Assembly (NCBI GenBank): GCA_963707505.1 | Contig: CAVPQB010000003.1 | Span: 64,001 to 128,000, forward strand | Origin: an uncultured Gemmatimonadales bacterium | GTDB lineage: Bacteria; Gemmatimonadota; Gemmatimonadetes; Gemmatimonadales; Gemmatimonadaceae | Reading direction: 5' to 3' | DNA length: 64,000 nt | Shown: positions 32,287 through 42,772 of the stretch, one piece after another | Position numbering within the stretch: the stretch's first letter is position 1 | Layout: each line of letters opens with the position of its first letter | Translations under genes and position numbers: made by a program | Notes under the pieces: model-generated | Told to the model about the DNA's origin: nothing | Database searches by the model: none | The model's input: only the letters and a program-made list of their open reading frames with translations

Positions 32287-33306
32287 TCAAACAGCGTGCA
32301 GGGCATAAATAGTCATCAGGTCGTCGCCAAAGGCCTGGCGACGCAGTATCGGGATCCGGCGGACGTTCTCCGCTCGGCGAGGCGAAGTCGAAGAGAATGC
32401 CGCGAGCGCGCCTCCGCCCAATACTATAGGTGCTTGAAAGATAACCAGCCTGTCCACCAGCTCCGCGTCGAGCAGCGCCGACGCGAGCGATGCACCGCCC
32501 TCGACGAGCAGGGAGCGGATTCCACGTGTCCGGAGAGCTCGGAGCGATGCGGCAAGATCAGCCACGCGAACGAAGGTAACCGACTCGGTTTCCTCTAGAA
32601 CGGACGTTCGACCGGCCGATAATTTGGCGTCTGGATCGAAGACCACACGCATGGGTTGGACTCTCGGCTGGATCGGGCCGCGCACCGTCAGCGACGGATG
32701 GTCGGTGGAGTAGGTCGTCGCGCCGACCGCGATGGCGTCCACACTGGCGCGAATACGGTGGACCTCCGCGCGAGAATCCTCGTTCGTGAGCCACGCCCGG
32801 GTGCGCTTGGAGTCCGCGATCGCGCCGTCGATCGAGAGCGCAAGCTTGAGCGTCACCCACGGACGATCCGACACGAACGAGTGAAAGAATGGCGCGTTGA
32901 GCTCGCGCGCTTCATTCTCCAGCAATCCGACATCGACGTCGATACCAGCTGCGCGCAGCCTCTCCGCCCCACCGCCCGAATCGGCGCCAGGATCGCGCGC
33001 AGCTATCACAACACGAGCAATTTTCGCGGCGATGACCGCATCGGAGCACGGTGGCGTCTTGCCGGTGTGATTGCACGGCTCGAGCGTGACGTACATCGTC
33101 GCGCCCTGTGCGGCACTTCCCGCACATGCGAGCGCGTTGATCTCGGCGTGCGCTTCGCCGTACCGCTCGTGCCACCCCTCACCGATTATTTCGCCGTTGC
33201 GCACGACGACTGCGCCGACCATTGGATTGGGCGCGGTCTGTCCCCAGCCACGCTCCGCGAGCGCCAGCGCGCGACGCATGAACTGTTCGTCGCGCGCATC
33301 CGTCAT
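32287..33306 (-). CDS. ribD: Riboflavin biosynthesis deaminase/reductase
   Basis: PNPMVGAV, HAE, LEPCNHTGKTPPC, LKLALSIDG, LLVEGG. Confidence 0.95.
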   Translation of the reverse strand: MTDARDEQFMRRALALAERGWGQTAPNPMVGAVVVRNGEIIGEGWHERYGEAHAEINALACAGSAAQGATMYVTLEPCNHTGKTPPCSDAVIAAKIARVVIAARDPGADSGGGAERLRAAGIDVDVGLLENEARELNAPFFHSFVSDRPWVTLKLALSIDGAIADSKRTRAWLTNEDSRAEVHRIRASVDAIAVGATTYSTDHPSLTVRGPIQPRVQPMRVVFDPDAKLSAGRTSVLEETESVTFVRVADLAASLRALRTRGIRSLLVEGGASLASALLDAELVDRLVIFQAPIVLGGGALAAFSSTSPRRAENVRRIPILRRQAFGDDLMTIYALHAV

Positions 33307-33310
33307 GCGC

Positions 33311-34321
33311 TCAGATTCCGAATCGAACGCCAAGTGCGCCGTAGGTCTGAGCCGAGCCGGGAGCAGCGCCGGCGAACGAGTTGTACGTCGGTACGCTTAC
33401 CGAGTTCGTCCGGCCAATCTCACCAATGAACTTGATGATTGGAAGGTTCAGTGTCGCGTCGAGGAAGTACGTCGTGCGCGTGAGCTTCTGCTTCATCGAT
33501 ATCGGGCCGAGTGCCTCTCCCGGTGTCCCAACGCCCGCCACGCCACGTGCGGCAACGTAGCCGCTTCCGGTCGCACTCGAGCTGTAGCGGTCCTGGCCGA
33601 CGCCAGCTGCGAGCCCGAGCATGAGGAGACTCTTGCTCGCAACCAGCCTGTATGAATCGGTGCTGACATCGACGTTCTTGAGATTGAGCGAGTCGCCACC
33701 GCCGTCATTGGCTGCGAGGTCGACTGTCGGAAGGCCGCGATGGAGATACGTGACCGAAATTCCAGGGAACAGTATGCTCTCCTGAATTATTCCAACGCGC
33801 ACACCGCCACCGAATTTCACAGATCCGTTCGGCGTATTGAGATGAACACCGGACGCATCGAGTGAGGGCAGATAGCTGGCGCTGCCAAGCAGATCGATTC
33901 CACCGACGTTCGTGACGCCGAGCGGAATACCGCGAAACAGGCCAATTGCGATGTCGGCCTGCGGAATGCCTGCAAGTTGCGACTGTGTCGGATACTCATC
34001 CGAACGAGCACCGGTCGTCGCGGGTGTGACCTTGTCGACACGCGGAATGTTCGAGTTGACCAGATTCGCGCGGCCGCTGATGTAGATGTGGCCAAGCCCA
34101 CCAAGTGTTCCGCCCACACCGAGCGTCGCATTACCGCCGGAGATGATGACCCCCAACTGTGGCGCGAGATACTGGAAGACGTCGATCGCCTTCTGGCACG
34201 CATCCTGGGTAACGATGGAAGAACACTGCGAGTTTACAGTTCTCTGCGCGGCAAGCGGCACGGAAAAGAAAAGCAGCGATGCCGCGATGAGTGATGCGAT
34301 CTTCGTTGACCTGATCTTCAT
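33311..34321 (-). CDS. Secreted hypothetical protein, possible outer-membrane beta-barrel
   Basis: Signal peptide (..VPLAA-Q), alternating beta-strand pattern, C-terminal YGALGVRFGI. Confidence 0.7.
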   Translation of the reverse strand: MKIRSTKIASLIAASLLFFSVPLAAQRTVNSQCSSIVTQDACQKAIDVFQYLAPQLGVIISGGNATLGVGGTLGGLGHIYISGRANLVNSNIPRVDKVTPATTGARSDEYPTQSQLAGIPQADIAIGLFRGIPLGVTNVGGIDLLGSASYLPSLDASGVHLNTPNGSVKFGGGVRVGIIQESILFPGISVTYLHRGLPTVDLAANDGGGDSLNLKNVDVSTDSYRLVASKSLLMLGLAAGVGQDRYSSSATGSGYVAARGVAGVGTPGEALGPISMKQKLTRTTYFLDATLNLPIIKFIGEIGRTNSVSVPTYNSFAGAAPGSAQTYGALGVRFGI

Positions 34322-34339
34322 TGATTCTCCTGACGGGGC

Positions 34340-35398
34340 CTATTCGAGAACAACGCGTCCGGAGCCCGGACGAACTTCGCCGAGTCTCCATGCGGCAATT
34401 CCCGCGCGCGCTGCGTGTTGAATGACTGGATCGACCTCGCTGCCGTCACAGATCACGATCATCCCGACACCCATGTTGAACGATCGGAACATATCGCCGA
34501 CCGGAACGTCGCCCGCGCGTCCCAACTCGCGGAAGAGCGCTGGTGTTTCCCAGCTGGCAAGGCTTACGATGGCGTCGAGCGCGGGCGGTAGCGCGCGATC
34601 CAGATTGCCAGGAATCCCACCGCCGGTTATGTGTGCCATTGCGTGCACACGATCCAGTACCGGACCGACCGCAGCAAGATAGGACGCGTGCACCGCGAGC
34701 AGCGCGTCGGCGACGGTCACGTCCATTCCTGGAAACGTATCAGTGGCGTGAAGTTTCATCCGGTCGTGAACGATACGTCGCGCAAGCGAGTATCCGTTCG
34801 TGTGCAACCCGGTGCTCGCGAGCGCGACGAGTGCGTCGCCGTTGCGAACGCGGTCCGGCCCGAGCACTGAATCCTCGCTCACGCAGCCGACGATGAAGCC
34901 CGCTAGATCGTAGTCTGGTGGGGTGTAGATGCCAGGCATCTCCGCCGTCTCGCCGCCCAGCAGCGCACAGCCGTTTTCCTTGCAGCCAGCTGCAACGCCG
35001 GACACTACGGCCTCCACGATCGCCGGTACAAGCTTGCCGAACGCGACGTAATCGAGAAAAAAGAGAGGCCTGGCACCCTGGACGAGAATGTCGTTCACGC
35101 AGTGATTGACCAGATCGTGTCCGACAGTGTCGTGCCGTTCAGCTTCGATCGCGACCTTGGTTTTGGTGCCGACACCATCTGCGGATGCGACGAGGAGGGG
35201 CTTCGCGACATCCGTAGGAACACGAAACATTCCACCGAACGCTCCGAACGCGCCGCGGACGCCAGCGGTGTAGGTGGATTCGACGAGCTTCCTTATCCGC
35301 CGCTTGGCGTCATCGCTGGCATCGATGTCGACTCCGGCTGCGCGATAGTCGAGCGGTGCATTTGCATCGGTCGCGTGGGCGCGCGAATCACTCGTCAC
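34340..35398 (-). CDS. purM: Phosphoribosylformylglycinamidine cyclo-ligase
   Basis: YRAAGVDI, ADGVGTK, PLFFLDY, GGETAEMPG, GLHTNGYSL, AHITGGG, FNMGVGM. Confidence 0.96.
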   Translation of the reverse strand: MTSDSRAHATDANAPLDYRAAGVDIDASDDAKRRIRKLVESTYTAGVRGAFGAFGGMFRVPTDVAKPLLVASADGVGTKTKVAIEAERHDTVGHDLVNHCVNDILVQGARPLFFLDYVAFGKLVPAIVEAVVSGVAAGCKENGCALLGGETAEMPGIYTPPDYDLAGFIVGCVSEDSVLGPDRVRNGDALVALASTGLHTNGYSLARRIVHDRMKLHATDTFPGMDVTVADALLAVHASYLAAVGPVLDRVHAMAHITGGGIPGNLDRALPPALDAIVSLASWETPALFRELGRAGDVPVGDMFRSFNMGVGMIVICDGSEVDPVIQHAARAGIAAWRLGEVRPGSGRVVLE

Positions 35399-36312
35399 GC
35401 GCTCACATCCTCCTCGAACGCAACCAGCTGCTTGAAAGCGTGCACACGCTCGCCCAGTTCCGCGCGCGTGACGGTCATCAGCCGTTCGATCGAGAACTTC
35501 TCCACCGCAAACGAACCCATCGCACATCCGTAAATGACTGCACGTCGCATATTGGCGTCGCTCAGGTCGCCTGTTTGGGCAAGATAACCGATGAAGCCGC
35601 CCGCGAACGAATCCCCCGCACCTGTGGGATCGAACACCGACTCGAGCGGATATGCTGGCGCGAAGAAGATGTTGTTCTCTCTGAACAGGAAAGCACCGTG
35701 CTCGCCCTTCTTGATGATCACGTGCCTGGGGCCATGCGCCATTATCCACCGAGCCGCCTGCACAAGGTTGCTCTGCTCCGTGAGCTGCCGCGCTTCCGCG
35801 TCGTTCAGCGTCAAAAGATCCACGTGTCCGAGCAGCTCGATCAACTCGGGGCGACGGCTCTCGATCCAGAAGTTCATCGTGTCGGATGCGACGAGGCGCG
35901 GCCGCTCGACCTGCTTCAGTACGGCGAGCTGGAGTCGCGGATCGATGTTCGCGAGAAAGAGAAAGTCCGGTTTGGCAAAACGCGCGGGAATCTTCGGCTC
36001 GAAATTCGAGAACACACCCAGATGCGTTTCGAGTGTCTCGGCAGAATTGAGATCGTGACGGTAGCGTCCGCGCCACCGGAACGAGCTGCCGTCAACCTGC
36101 TCTATGCCTCCCAGGTCGACGTTGCGCCTCTCGAGCTCGCGCAGACGGTCCATCGGATAGTCGTTACCAACGACACCGACGACCTGCACGTCAGTCAGAT
36201 GACTCGCGGCGGCAGAAAAGAAAGTTGCGGAGCCGCCGAGCACGTCGTCGGCCTTGCCGAACGGCGTTTCGACGGAATCCAGCGCGACCGATCCAACGAC
36301 GAGAACGGACAT
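35395..36312 (-). CDS. PfkB-family sugar kinase
   Basis: VVGSVALDSVETPFG, DTMNFWI, IKKGEHGA, DPTGAGDSFAGG. Confidence 0.93.
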   Translation of the reverse strand: MSVLVVGSVALDSVETPFGKADDVLGGSATFFSAAASHLTDVQVVGVVGNDYPMDRLRELERRNVDLGGIEQVDGSSFRWRGRYRHDLNSAETLETHLGVFSNFEPKIPARFAKPDFLFLANIDPRLQLAVLKQVERPRLVASDTMNFWIESRRPELIELLGHVDLLTLNDAEARQLTEQSNLVQAARWIMAHGPRHVIIKKGEHGAFLFRENNIFFAPAYPLESVFDPTGAGDSFAGGFIGYLAQTGDLSDANMRRAVIYGCAMGSFAVEKFSIERLMTVTRAELGERVHAFKQLVAFEEDVSA

Positions 36313-36364
36313 CAGAGTTGTGTGGAAGTTATTGACACCGCAACGTTTGCGATCAAATCAGTGG

Positions 36365-37981
36365 TCACATCCGCTCCGGCGCGGCGATTCCGAGGAGGTG
36401 CAGAGTGTTGCGGATCACGATCTGTGCCGCACGAGCCAGTGCAAGACGCGCGGACATGACAGGCTCGGGCTCACCGAGAACGTGATGCTTGTGATACCAC
36501 TGATGCGCGAGTCGCGCGGTTTCCAGAGCGTACGATGTGATGCGGTGCGGCTCCAGTGCCGCGGCAGCGCCACGCACCTCGGCCGGAAAATCGATCAGCT
36601 GCTTGATGAGCGCCTGTTCTTCCGGCTCCGTGAGCACGCTGAGATCGACCGACGACATATCCATCTGTGACGCATCGATCTCGCCAACGCGAAAGATTCC
36701 GCTCATTCGTGCGTGCGCCATCTGCAGATAGTAGACCGGGTTCTCATCCGACTGCCTGCGAGCGAGATCGACGTCGAAGATCAGTGGGCTGTCGCCCTTC
36801 CGCATCAGGAAGAAGAAGCGCACTGCATCGCGCCCCACCCAGTCGATCAGGTCGCGCACCGTCACGTAGCTTCCGGCCCGCTTGGAGATCTTGACCTCCT
36901 CGCCATCCTTCACCACCGTCACGAGCTGGTGCAGCACGTACTCGGGATAGCCTTCCGGAATCCCCAGATCCAGCGCGCGCAAGCCGGCGCGCACGCGCGT
37001 TGTAGTGCCGTGATGATCGGCACCCTGCACGTTGATCGCACGGGTAAAGCCTCGCTCCCACTTTGTGAGATGGTACGCGACGTCCGGCACGAAGTACGTG
37101 AATGTTCCGTCGCGCTTTCGCATCACGCGATCCTTGTCGTCGCCGTACTCCACGGTGCGCAGCCACAGCGCGCCCTCGCTCTCGTACGTCTGCCCCTTCT
37201 CGATGAGACGCTCCACGGCCTGCTGAACCTTGCCATCGGTATAGAGACTCGACTCCAGATAATACGTGTCGAACTTCACACCGAACGCCTGCATGTCCAG
37301 ATCCTGCTCTGCACGCAACACGCGCACAGCGAACTCCCGTACGCCTTCGTTCACGGCACCATCGTAGTGCAATGCAATTTCGCGCACATAGTCGCCGTGG
37401 TATCCGCCGGTTGGAATCGCCGCTTCACCACCCTCCGCGTCGATGTGTGCGCGCACACTCAGCTCGAGATTGTCGATCTGAACACCCGCATCGTTGTAAT
37501 AGAACTCGCGCGAAACGTTCCAGCCGGTCCACTCGAGCAACGACGAGATAGCATCACCGAGCGCAGCCTGACGGCCGTGACCGACGTGCAGCGGACCGGT
37601 TGGATTGGCAGAGACGAACTCGACTACTACGGGAGCGTTGGCACCATCGGATGCACGACCGTAAATCTCGTTGCCAACGACGATGCCGCGAACGGTTGCA
37701 GCGACAGCGCCGGGATCCAGCCGGAAATTCAGGAATCCCGGTCCGGCAATCTCGATGCGGTCGACGCCCGCGTCGGCGAGATTGATATTGTCCCGAATCG
37801 CAATCGCGATCTCTGCTGGCTTGCGGCGGAGCGGACGCGCCAGCACCATCGCGATGTTGCTGGCCCAGTCCGCGAGAGCGGGGTCTCGCGGACGCTCCAG
37901 CAACGGCTCGACGTCTTCGGGCGCGCCGATGCTCAGCGCCGCCCGTTTCAGCTCGGCGCGGATACGATCAGAAAAATTCAC
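36365..37981 (-). CDS. argS: Arginine--tRNA ligase
   Basis: AGPGFLNF, EFVSANPTGPLHVGHGR, GADHHG, ISKRAG, NPVYYLQMAHAR, APERM. Confidence 0.97.
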   Translation of the reverse strand: MNFSDRIRAELKRAALSIGAPEDVEPLLERPRDPALADWASNIAMVLARPLRRKPAEIAIAIRDNINLADAGVDRIEIAGPGFLNFRLDPGAVAATVRGIVVGNEIYGRASDGANAPVVVEFVSANPTGPLHVGHGRQAALGDAISSLLEWTGWNVSREFYYNDAGVQIDNLELSVRAHIDAEGGEAAIPTGGYHGDYVREIALHYDGAVNEGVREFAVRVLRAEQDLDMQAFGVKFDTYYLESSLYTDGKVQQAVERLIEKGQTYESEGALWLRTVEYGDDKDRVMRKRDGTFTYFVPDVAYHLTKWERGFTRAINVQGADHHGTTTRVRAGLRALDLGIPEGYPEYVLHQLVTVVKDGEEVKISKRAGSYVTVRDLIDWVGRDAVRFFFLMRKGDSPLIFDVDLARRQSDENPVYYLQMAHARMSGIFRVGEIDASQMDMSSVDLSVLTEPEEQALIKQLIDFPAEVRGAAAALEPHRITSYALETARLAHQWYHKHHVLGEPEPVMSARLALARAAQIVIRNTLHLLGIAAPERM

Positions 37982-38400
37982 TCCGACGCCTTTGTCGGAG
38001 TCACCGGCTTCGCTGGCGTTTCCGATGCCTTGCGTGGCGCATCGCCGCTCGGCTTGGTGTCTGCGGCGCCGGACCCGGCGCCGGACGATGCCGAGTCGCT
38101 CTTGGACTCCGACGACGCGGTGGACGCGCTTCCTTCGCCAGTGGACGCAGCGGGACCGGATTCCTTGCTTGACTCCGACGTTTTGCGGCCGGCGTTCGTC
38201 TGATCCTTCTTACCGTCCTTGCCGTAGTCGGTGATGTAAAACCCGGTTCCATGGAAGACGAGCCCAGCGCCTGCCGACATCTGGCGCTCGGCGGGCTCGC
38301 CGCATACCGGACACGGAACAACCGTGGGAGCGGATGCCATGGACCGGAAGAATTTGTCGAAATCATGCCCTTGAGGGCACGTGAACTCGTACGTAGGCAC
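37978..38400 (-). CDS. FmdB-family zinc-ribbon protein with low-complexity tail
   Basis: MPTYEFTCPQGHDF..CPVCG..FHGTGFYITDY, then a Ser/Ala/Lys-rich tail. Confidence 0.88.
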   Translation of the reverse strand: MPTYEFTCPQGHDFDKFFRSMASAPTVVPCPVCGEPAERQMSAGAGLVFHGTGFYITDYGKDGKKDQTNAGRKTSESSKESGPAASTGEGSASTASSESKSDSASSGAGSGAADTKPSGDAPRKASETPAKPVTPTKASE

Positions 38401-38471
38401 TTGAGGAGGGGTTGGTGCAGTCGTTCAATTTACGAGACCGCGAGGGCTACCTCAACGGTTACGAGGAGAGT

Positions 38472-40100
38472 TTAGAGCGCCGGATTATAGACACCCCAGC
38501 ACGCGGCCAGCGTATCCGATATCTCTCCAACCGTCGCCCGCGCTCGCACGGCATCGATGATGAGAGGCATGAGCTGGGTATTGGCCCCTGCGATTTGGCC
38601 TGCAGCTTCACGGAGGACGGCCAGTGATTCGGAGACGCGCGCGCTGTCACGCGCCGCCCGCACAGCAGCAACTTTCCGAACCTGCTCGCGCTCCAGTGCA
38701 GAGTAATCGGGCGATGGTATGACTGGCGGCTCGGCGTCATCAGCGAACTTGTTGACACCGACGATCGTCGTCGCGCCAGCTTCGACCCTGAGCTGGAACT
38801 CGTATGCGCTTCGGGCGATCTCTTCCTGAAAGAATCCAGCTGCGACGGCGCGCTCAGCACCGCCGATGTCGTCGACTTTCGCGATCAGATCCATCGCGCG
38901 GCTCTCCAACTGGTCCGTCAGCGCCTCGACGTAGTAGCTCCCTGCGAGCGGATCCACCGTGTTTGCGATCCCGGATTCGTATCCGATTATCTGCTGCGTT
39001 CGCAAGGCAAGTGTTGCAGCTTCGGCGGTCGGAAGCGCCAACGCCTCGTCATATCCGTTGGTGTGAAGCGATTGAGTACCGCCCAGCGTCGCCGCCAACG
39101 CCTGCACGGTAACGCGCACGACATTGTTGAGCGGCTGTTGCGCCATCAGTGTCACGCCACCAGTCTGTGTGTGGAAGCGCATTCTGCAGCTTGCTTCGCT
39201 TGCACCGAACCTGTCTCGCATGATTCGCGCGTACATGCGCCGAGCAGCGCGGAACTTCGCGACTTCCTCGAACAGATCGTTATGCGACGCGAAAAAGAAG
39301 GAGAGGCGCGGCGCGAACGCGTCGATCTCGAGACCGGTGGAGATCGCTCGTTTTACGTATTCGATCGCGTTGGCGAAGGTGAAGGCGAGCTCCTGCACCG
39401 CAGTCGCGCCAGCTTCGCGAATGTGGTAGCCGGAGATCGAGATCGGATTCCAGCGAGGCACTTCATCAGCGCAGAAGCGGAATATCTCCGCGATCAGATC
39501 GAGGCTCGGGCCGGGTGGATAGATGTACGTCCCTCGTGCGATGTATTCCTTGAGCAGATCATTCTGGATCGTTCCGCTCAATACCGAACGAGATATTCCC
39601 CGCTCTTCCGCAACGACGATGTACATGGCGAGCAGCGTCGACGCTGTCGCATTGATCGTCATCGATGTCGAAACTGTTTCCAGCGGAAGATCCGCCAGCA
39701 GCGCATGCATGTCCTCGACCGTGTCGATTGCGACTCCGGCGCGCCCAACTTCGCCCAACGCTCGCGGAGAATCGGAGTCGATACCCATCTGCGTCGGGAG
39801 ATCGAACGCGACGGATAGCCCGGTCTGTCCGCGCTCCAGCAGTAGGCGAAAGCGTGTGTTGGTCTCTTCCGCAGTACCGAATCCGGCGTACTGCCGCATC
39901 GTCCACAAGCGCCCACGGTACATGCTCGCCTGAACGCCGCGAGTGAACGGATACTTGCCGGGATCACCCAGGTCGCGATCGTAATCGGTGGCAGCATCCG
40001 CTGGGCGATACACTACCTGAACCGGAATACCGGACGGAGTCTCGCGGCCGGAATCGACTTTCCTGCCGCTCACCGGCGGCCGTCCGGAAACATCACGCAA
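38472..40100 (-). CDS. Methylmalonyl-CoA mutase family, substrate-binding (large) subunit without a B12-binding domain
   Basis: [64 protein letters not shown]. Start uncertain. Confidence 0.93.
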   Translation of the reverse strand: MRDVSGRPPVSGRKVDSGRETPSGIPVQVVYRPADAATDYDRDLGDPGKYPFTRGVQASMYRGRLWTMRQYAGFGTAEETNTRFRLLLERGQTGLSVAFDLPTQMGIDSDSPRALGEVGRAGVAIDTVEDMHALLADLPLETVSTSMTINATASTLLAMYIVVAEERGISRSVLSGTIQNDLLKEYIARGTYIYPPGPSLDLIAEIFRFCADEVPRWNPISISGYHIREAGATAVQELAFTFANAIEYVKRAISTGLEIDAFAPRLSFFFASHNDLFEEVAKFRAARRMYARIMRDRFGASEASCRMRFHTQTGGVTLMAQQPLNNVVRVTVQALAATLGGTQSLHTNGYDEALALPTAEAATLALRTQQIIGYESGIANTVDPLAGSYYVEALTDQLESRAMDLIAKVDDIGGAERAVAAGFFQEEIARSAYEFQLRVEAGATTIVGVNKFADDAEPPVIPSPDYSALEREQVRKVAAVRAARDSARVSESLAVLREAAGQIAGANTQLMPLIIDAVRARATVGEISDTLAACWGVYNPAL

Positions 40101-40116
40101 CAGCGAGGCTCGATAA

Positions 40117-41145
40117 TTACGCTTGCTCTGCGAGCACGGGGCGCGACAGCATCAGATCGGCCGTCATGACGTCGTGCTTGCTGCCGATGAACAACGGCGT
40201 GCGCTGGTGCAGCTCGGTTGGCTCGACGTCGAGAATGCGGATCGATCCGTTGCTGCCGAGTCCGCCTGCCTGCTCGACGATGAAGGCGAGCGGATTTGCT
40301 TCGTAGAGCAAACGCAGCTTGCCACGCGGGTTGTTCTCGTTGGCGGGATATGCGAACAGACCGCCGCCCAGCAAGTTGCGATGAAAATCGGCGACGAGTG
40401 ATCCCACGTATCGCACACTCATCGGGTCGCGCATGCCGTCGAGGCCGCGATAACGGCGCATAAGCGCGCGGACGTCCTCATCCCACACCTGTTCGTACGA
40501 ATCGTTGACGGAGAGATACCTGCCATGCTCCGGAATTCTGATGTTCGGATGCGACAGCAGAAATTCGCCGATCTGCGGATCCAGTGTGAAGCCGTGCACA
40601 CCCTGACCGGTGGTGTAGACCATCATCGTGCTGGAGCCGTAAATCACATAGCCGGCGGCGACCTGACGGCGGCCCGGTTGCAGCATGTCCTCCATCTCGC
40701 CGCGAGCACCGCGCGTGATCTTGCGCAGAACGGAGAAGATGGTCCCCACCGGAACGTTGACGTCGATGTTGGACGATCCGTCCAGCGGATCGAACAGGAG
40801 ACAGTACTTGCCGCAGCGGAAGTTGTCGGGGATCTGGATGATGTCGGGTTCTTCCTCCGACGCCATCGCACAGAGGCGGCCGCTGTGATCCAGCGCCTTG
40901 ATGATCATGTCGTTGGCGAGCACGTCCAGCTTCTGCTGGATCTCGCCCTGAACATTTTCGTTTTCGGTGGCGCCGATTATGTCAGCCAGACCGGCCATAC
41001 GGACCTTGTTGGCGATCATCTTCGCCGCAAGCGCTATGTCGTACAGCAACCCGGACAACTCACCGGTCGCTTCAGGATACAGGTGTTCCTGCTCGATGAT
41101 GTACCGCTCGATTGTTACGACGGACGTCGCTGTGTGCTTGACCAT
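40117..41145 (-). CDS. fbp: Class 1 fructose-1,6-bisphosphatase
   Basis: [57 protein letters not shown]. Confidence 0.96.
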   Translation of the reverse strand: MVKHTATSVVTIERYIIEQEHLYPEATGELSGLLYDIALAAKMIANKVRMAGLADIIGATENENVQGEIQQKLDVLANDMIIKALDHSGRLCAMASEEEPDIIQIPDNFRCGKYCLLFDPLDGSSNIDVNVPVGTIFSVLRKITRGARGEMEDMLQPGRRQVAAGYVIYGSSTMMVYTTGQGVHGFTLDPQIGEFLLSHPNIRIPEHGRYLSVNDSYEQVWDEDVRALMRRYRGLDGMRDPMSVRYVGSLVADFHRNLLGGGLFAYPANENNPRGKLRLLYEANPLAFIVEQAGGLGSNGSIRILDVEPTELHQRTPLFIGSKHDVMTADLMLSRPVLAEQA

Positions 41146-41468
41146 AACACCTCCTCGGCGAACTGATCGGCCTCTACTTCGAAACGGTTCCGCGAATAGC
41201 CACGGCACACGGATTCCCAAAGGTAACGTATGGCAAATGTTTTGTCCCGTCTGTACTGGCGGACATGACCCAATTCGTGGAGAAGAAGCCGGACTGAAGG
41301 CGGCCCCGCCGGCGACAGAAAGACCGTACTGCCAAAGGTGATCCCCGCGACCGAACCTCGGCCAAGAAACCACCCGCCAACACGCAGCGGAAAACCGCCA
41401 CGCCGCCACGACACCGATGCCAATTCGGGAAATGCGGAGATGACGTCGTGCGGAAGCGCAAACGGCAT
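41115..41468 (-). CDS. Small HExxH putative metallopeptidase (DUF4157-like)
   Basis: AGITFGSTVF..LLLHELGHVRQY..GYSRNRFEVEA. Confidence 0.75.
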   Translation of the reverse strand: MPFALPHDVISAFPELASVSWRRGGFPLRVGGWFLGRGSVAGITFGSTVFLSPAGPPSVRLLLHELGHVRQYRRDKTFAIRYLWESVCRGYSRNRFEVEADQFAEEVLWSSTQRRPS

Positions 41469-41518
41469 ACCGATAGTTTCCCGAAGCATCGCACGCAGTG
41501 CTACGCGGACGCCGCCGC

Positions 41519-42718
41519 TCACGCGAGCCACACCGTCAAACAGGTTGCGCAGGCCGCAACGGCCATGGATCGTCCGGGGAAGCGACTGGTGCATGCCACC
41601 ACCACACCGACGGCCGCGATCATCGACAACAGAACGCCGACGGGCGACATCGTGACGGCTACGGCCGCATAAGGAAGCGACGCCGCAAACCGCGCGATCG
41701 CCTCGAACGCGACGAGCAACGGATGAGCTGCCAGCGCGACGAAGCGGGCTGCAGCCGGCCATGGCGCGAGCACCAGCGCAAGAAAGAGCATCGGCTGCGC
41801 GATCGCAATAACCGGATCAGCTGCGAGATTGGTGAGCGGAGCCACCAGGCTGAGGCGGCCAAACCAGCACGCAACGAGGGGCGCCGTGACGAGCGTCGCC
41901 ACACCTGAAACAACCAGCGACTGCACCACTCCGCGGCGCCATCCGCCCAGTCGCGCAATTCGCCCACGTTTCGCCACGGCACCGGCCGCGATTACAGCCG
42001 CCATTCCGGCCATGCTGAGCTGATACCCGACGTCCAACGCGTTCTCCGGCTTCACGAGTGGAACGATACCGCCCAGCGCGAGAATACTCCACCGTGACGA
42101 GTGCCGCTGACACGCGTGCGAGGCGGTTGCGACGCACACCATCACTGCGGAGCGCAACGCAGGCGCGGGAAATCCCAGCACGAAGACGTAGCCCATTATC
42201 GTTGCGGCAGTAACGAACGAACCGATTCGGCCCGGCACTCTCGCGATTCCAAGCAGCAGTACCAGCGATGCCGCCACGATCGACACGTGCAGACCCGAGA
42301 TCGCGAGCATGTGAACGATTCCAGCGTCCGCGTAGGCCCGTTTGACGTCGCGCGGAATCTCGCTCTGGTCCGCGACGAGCAACGCCTTCGCGATGGGTGC
42401 GTCGAGAGCAAACGCGGAATCGATCGCGCGGCTCGCACGCAGCCGCAGCTTCTCTCCGAGCTCTGTCGAGTCTGTCTTGACGGCAAAGCCGGGACCGGTA
42501 TGCGGTCGGGGTCCCGATGCCGCAATAGCGCACGATGCTGCGAAGTACAACACGCACGCGGCAGGCACGAAATCGACCGCGGCCAGCCACGCAATCGCAC
42601 CGCAAGCGCCGAGCGAGACTTGCCATGGCAGCGAGTAACCAGCGGCCAGTCCGCCAAGCACGAATGCGAGCACCCACATTATCATCGGCACATGCGACTC
42701 GGCGTTGAGATCGCACAT
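41519..42718 (-). CDS. comEC: ComEC/Rec2 family competence membrane protein (core domain only)
   Basis: AGIVHMLAISGLHV, PALRSAVM, DVGYQLS, PLTNL, multi-TM. Start uncertain. Confidence 0.85.
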   Translation of the reverse strand: MCDLNAESHVPMIMWVLAFVLGGLAAGYSLPWQVSLGACGAIAWLAAVDFVPAACVLYFAASCAIAASGPRPHTGPGFAVKTDSTELGEKLRLRASRAIDSAFALDAPIAKALLVADQSEIPRDVKRAYADAGIVHMLAISGLHVSIVAASLVLLLGIARVPGRIGSFVTAATIMGYVFVLGFPAPALRSAVMVCVATASHACQRHSSRWSILALGGIVPLVKPENALDVGYQLSMAGMAAVIAAGAVAKRGRIARLGGWRRGVVQSLVVSGVATLVTAPLVACWFGRLSLVAPLTNLAADPVIAIAQPMLFLALVLAPWPAAARFVALAAHPLLVAFEAIARFAASLPYAAVAVTMSPVGVLLSMIAAVGVVVACTSRFPGRSMAVAACATCLTVWLA

Positions 42719-42772
42719 GGTACATCCAAAATCACGTGCGCGCGTTACCGTGCACGCGCAGGCTGACGCGAA

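Noticed and set aside
33307..33310. FMN riboswitch ahead of the rib operon
   Set aside because: Only 4 nt separate ribD from the upstream gene, and no RFN motif was seen.
36713..38203. Long antisense ORFs (e.g. 36713-38203, 21583-22752, 10384-11367, 23522-24544)
   Set aside because: Shadow frames opposite well-conserved genes, expected in high-GC DNA, with no protein motifs.
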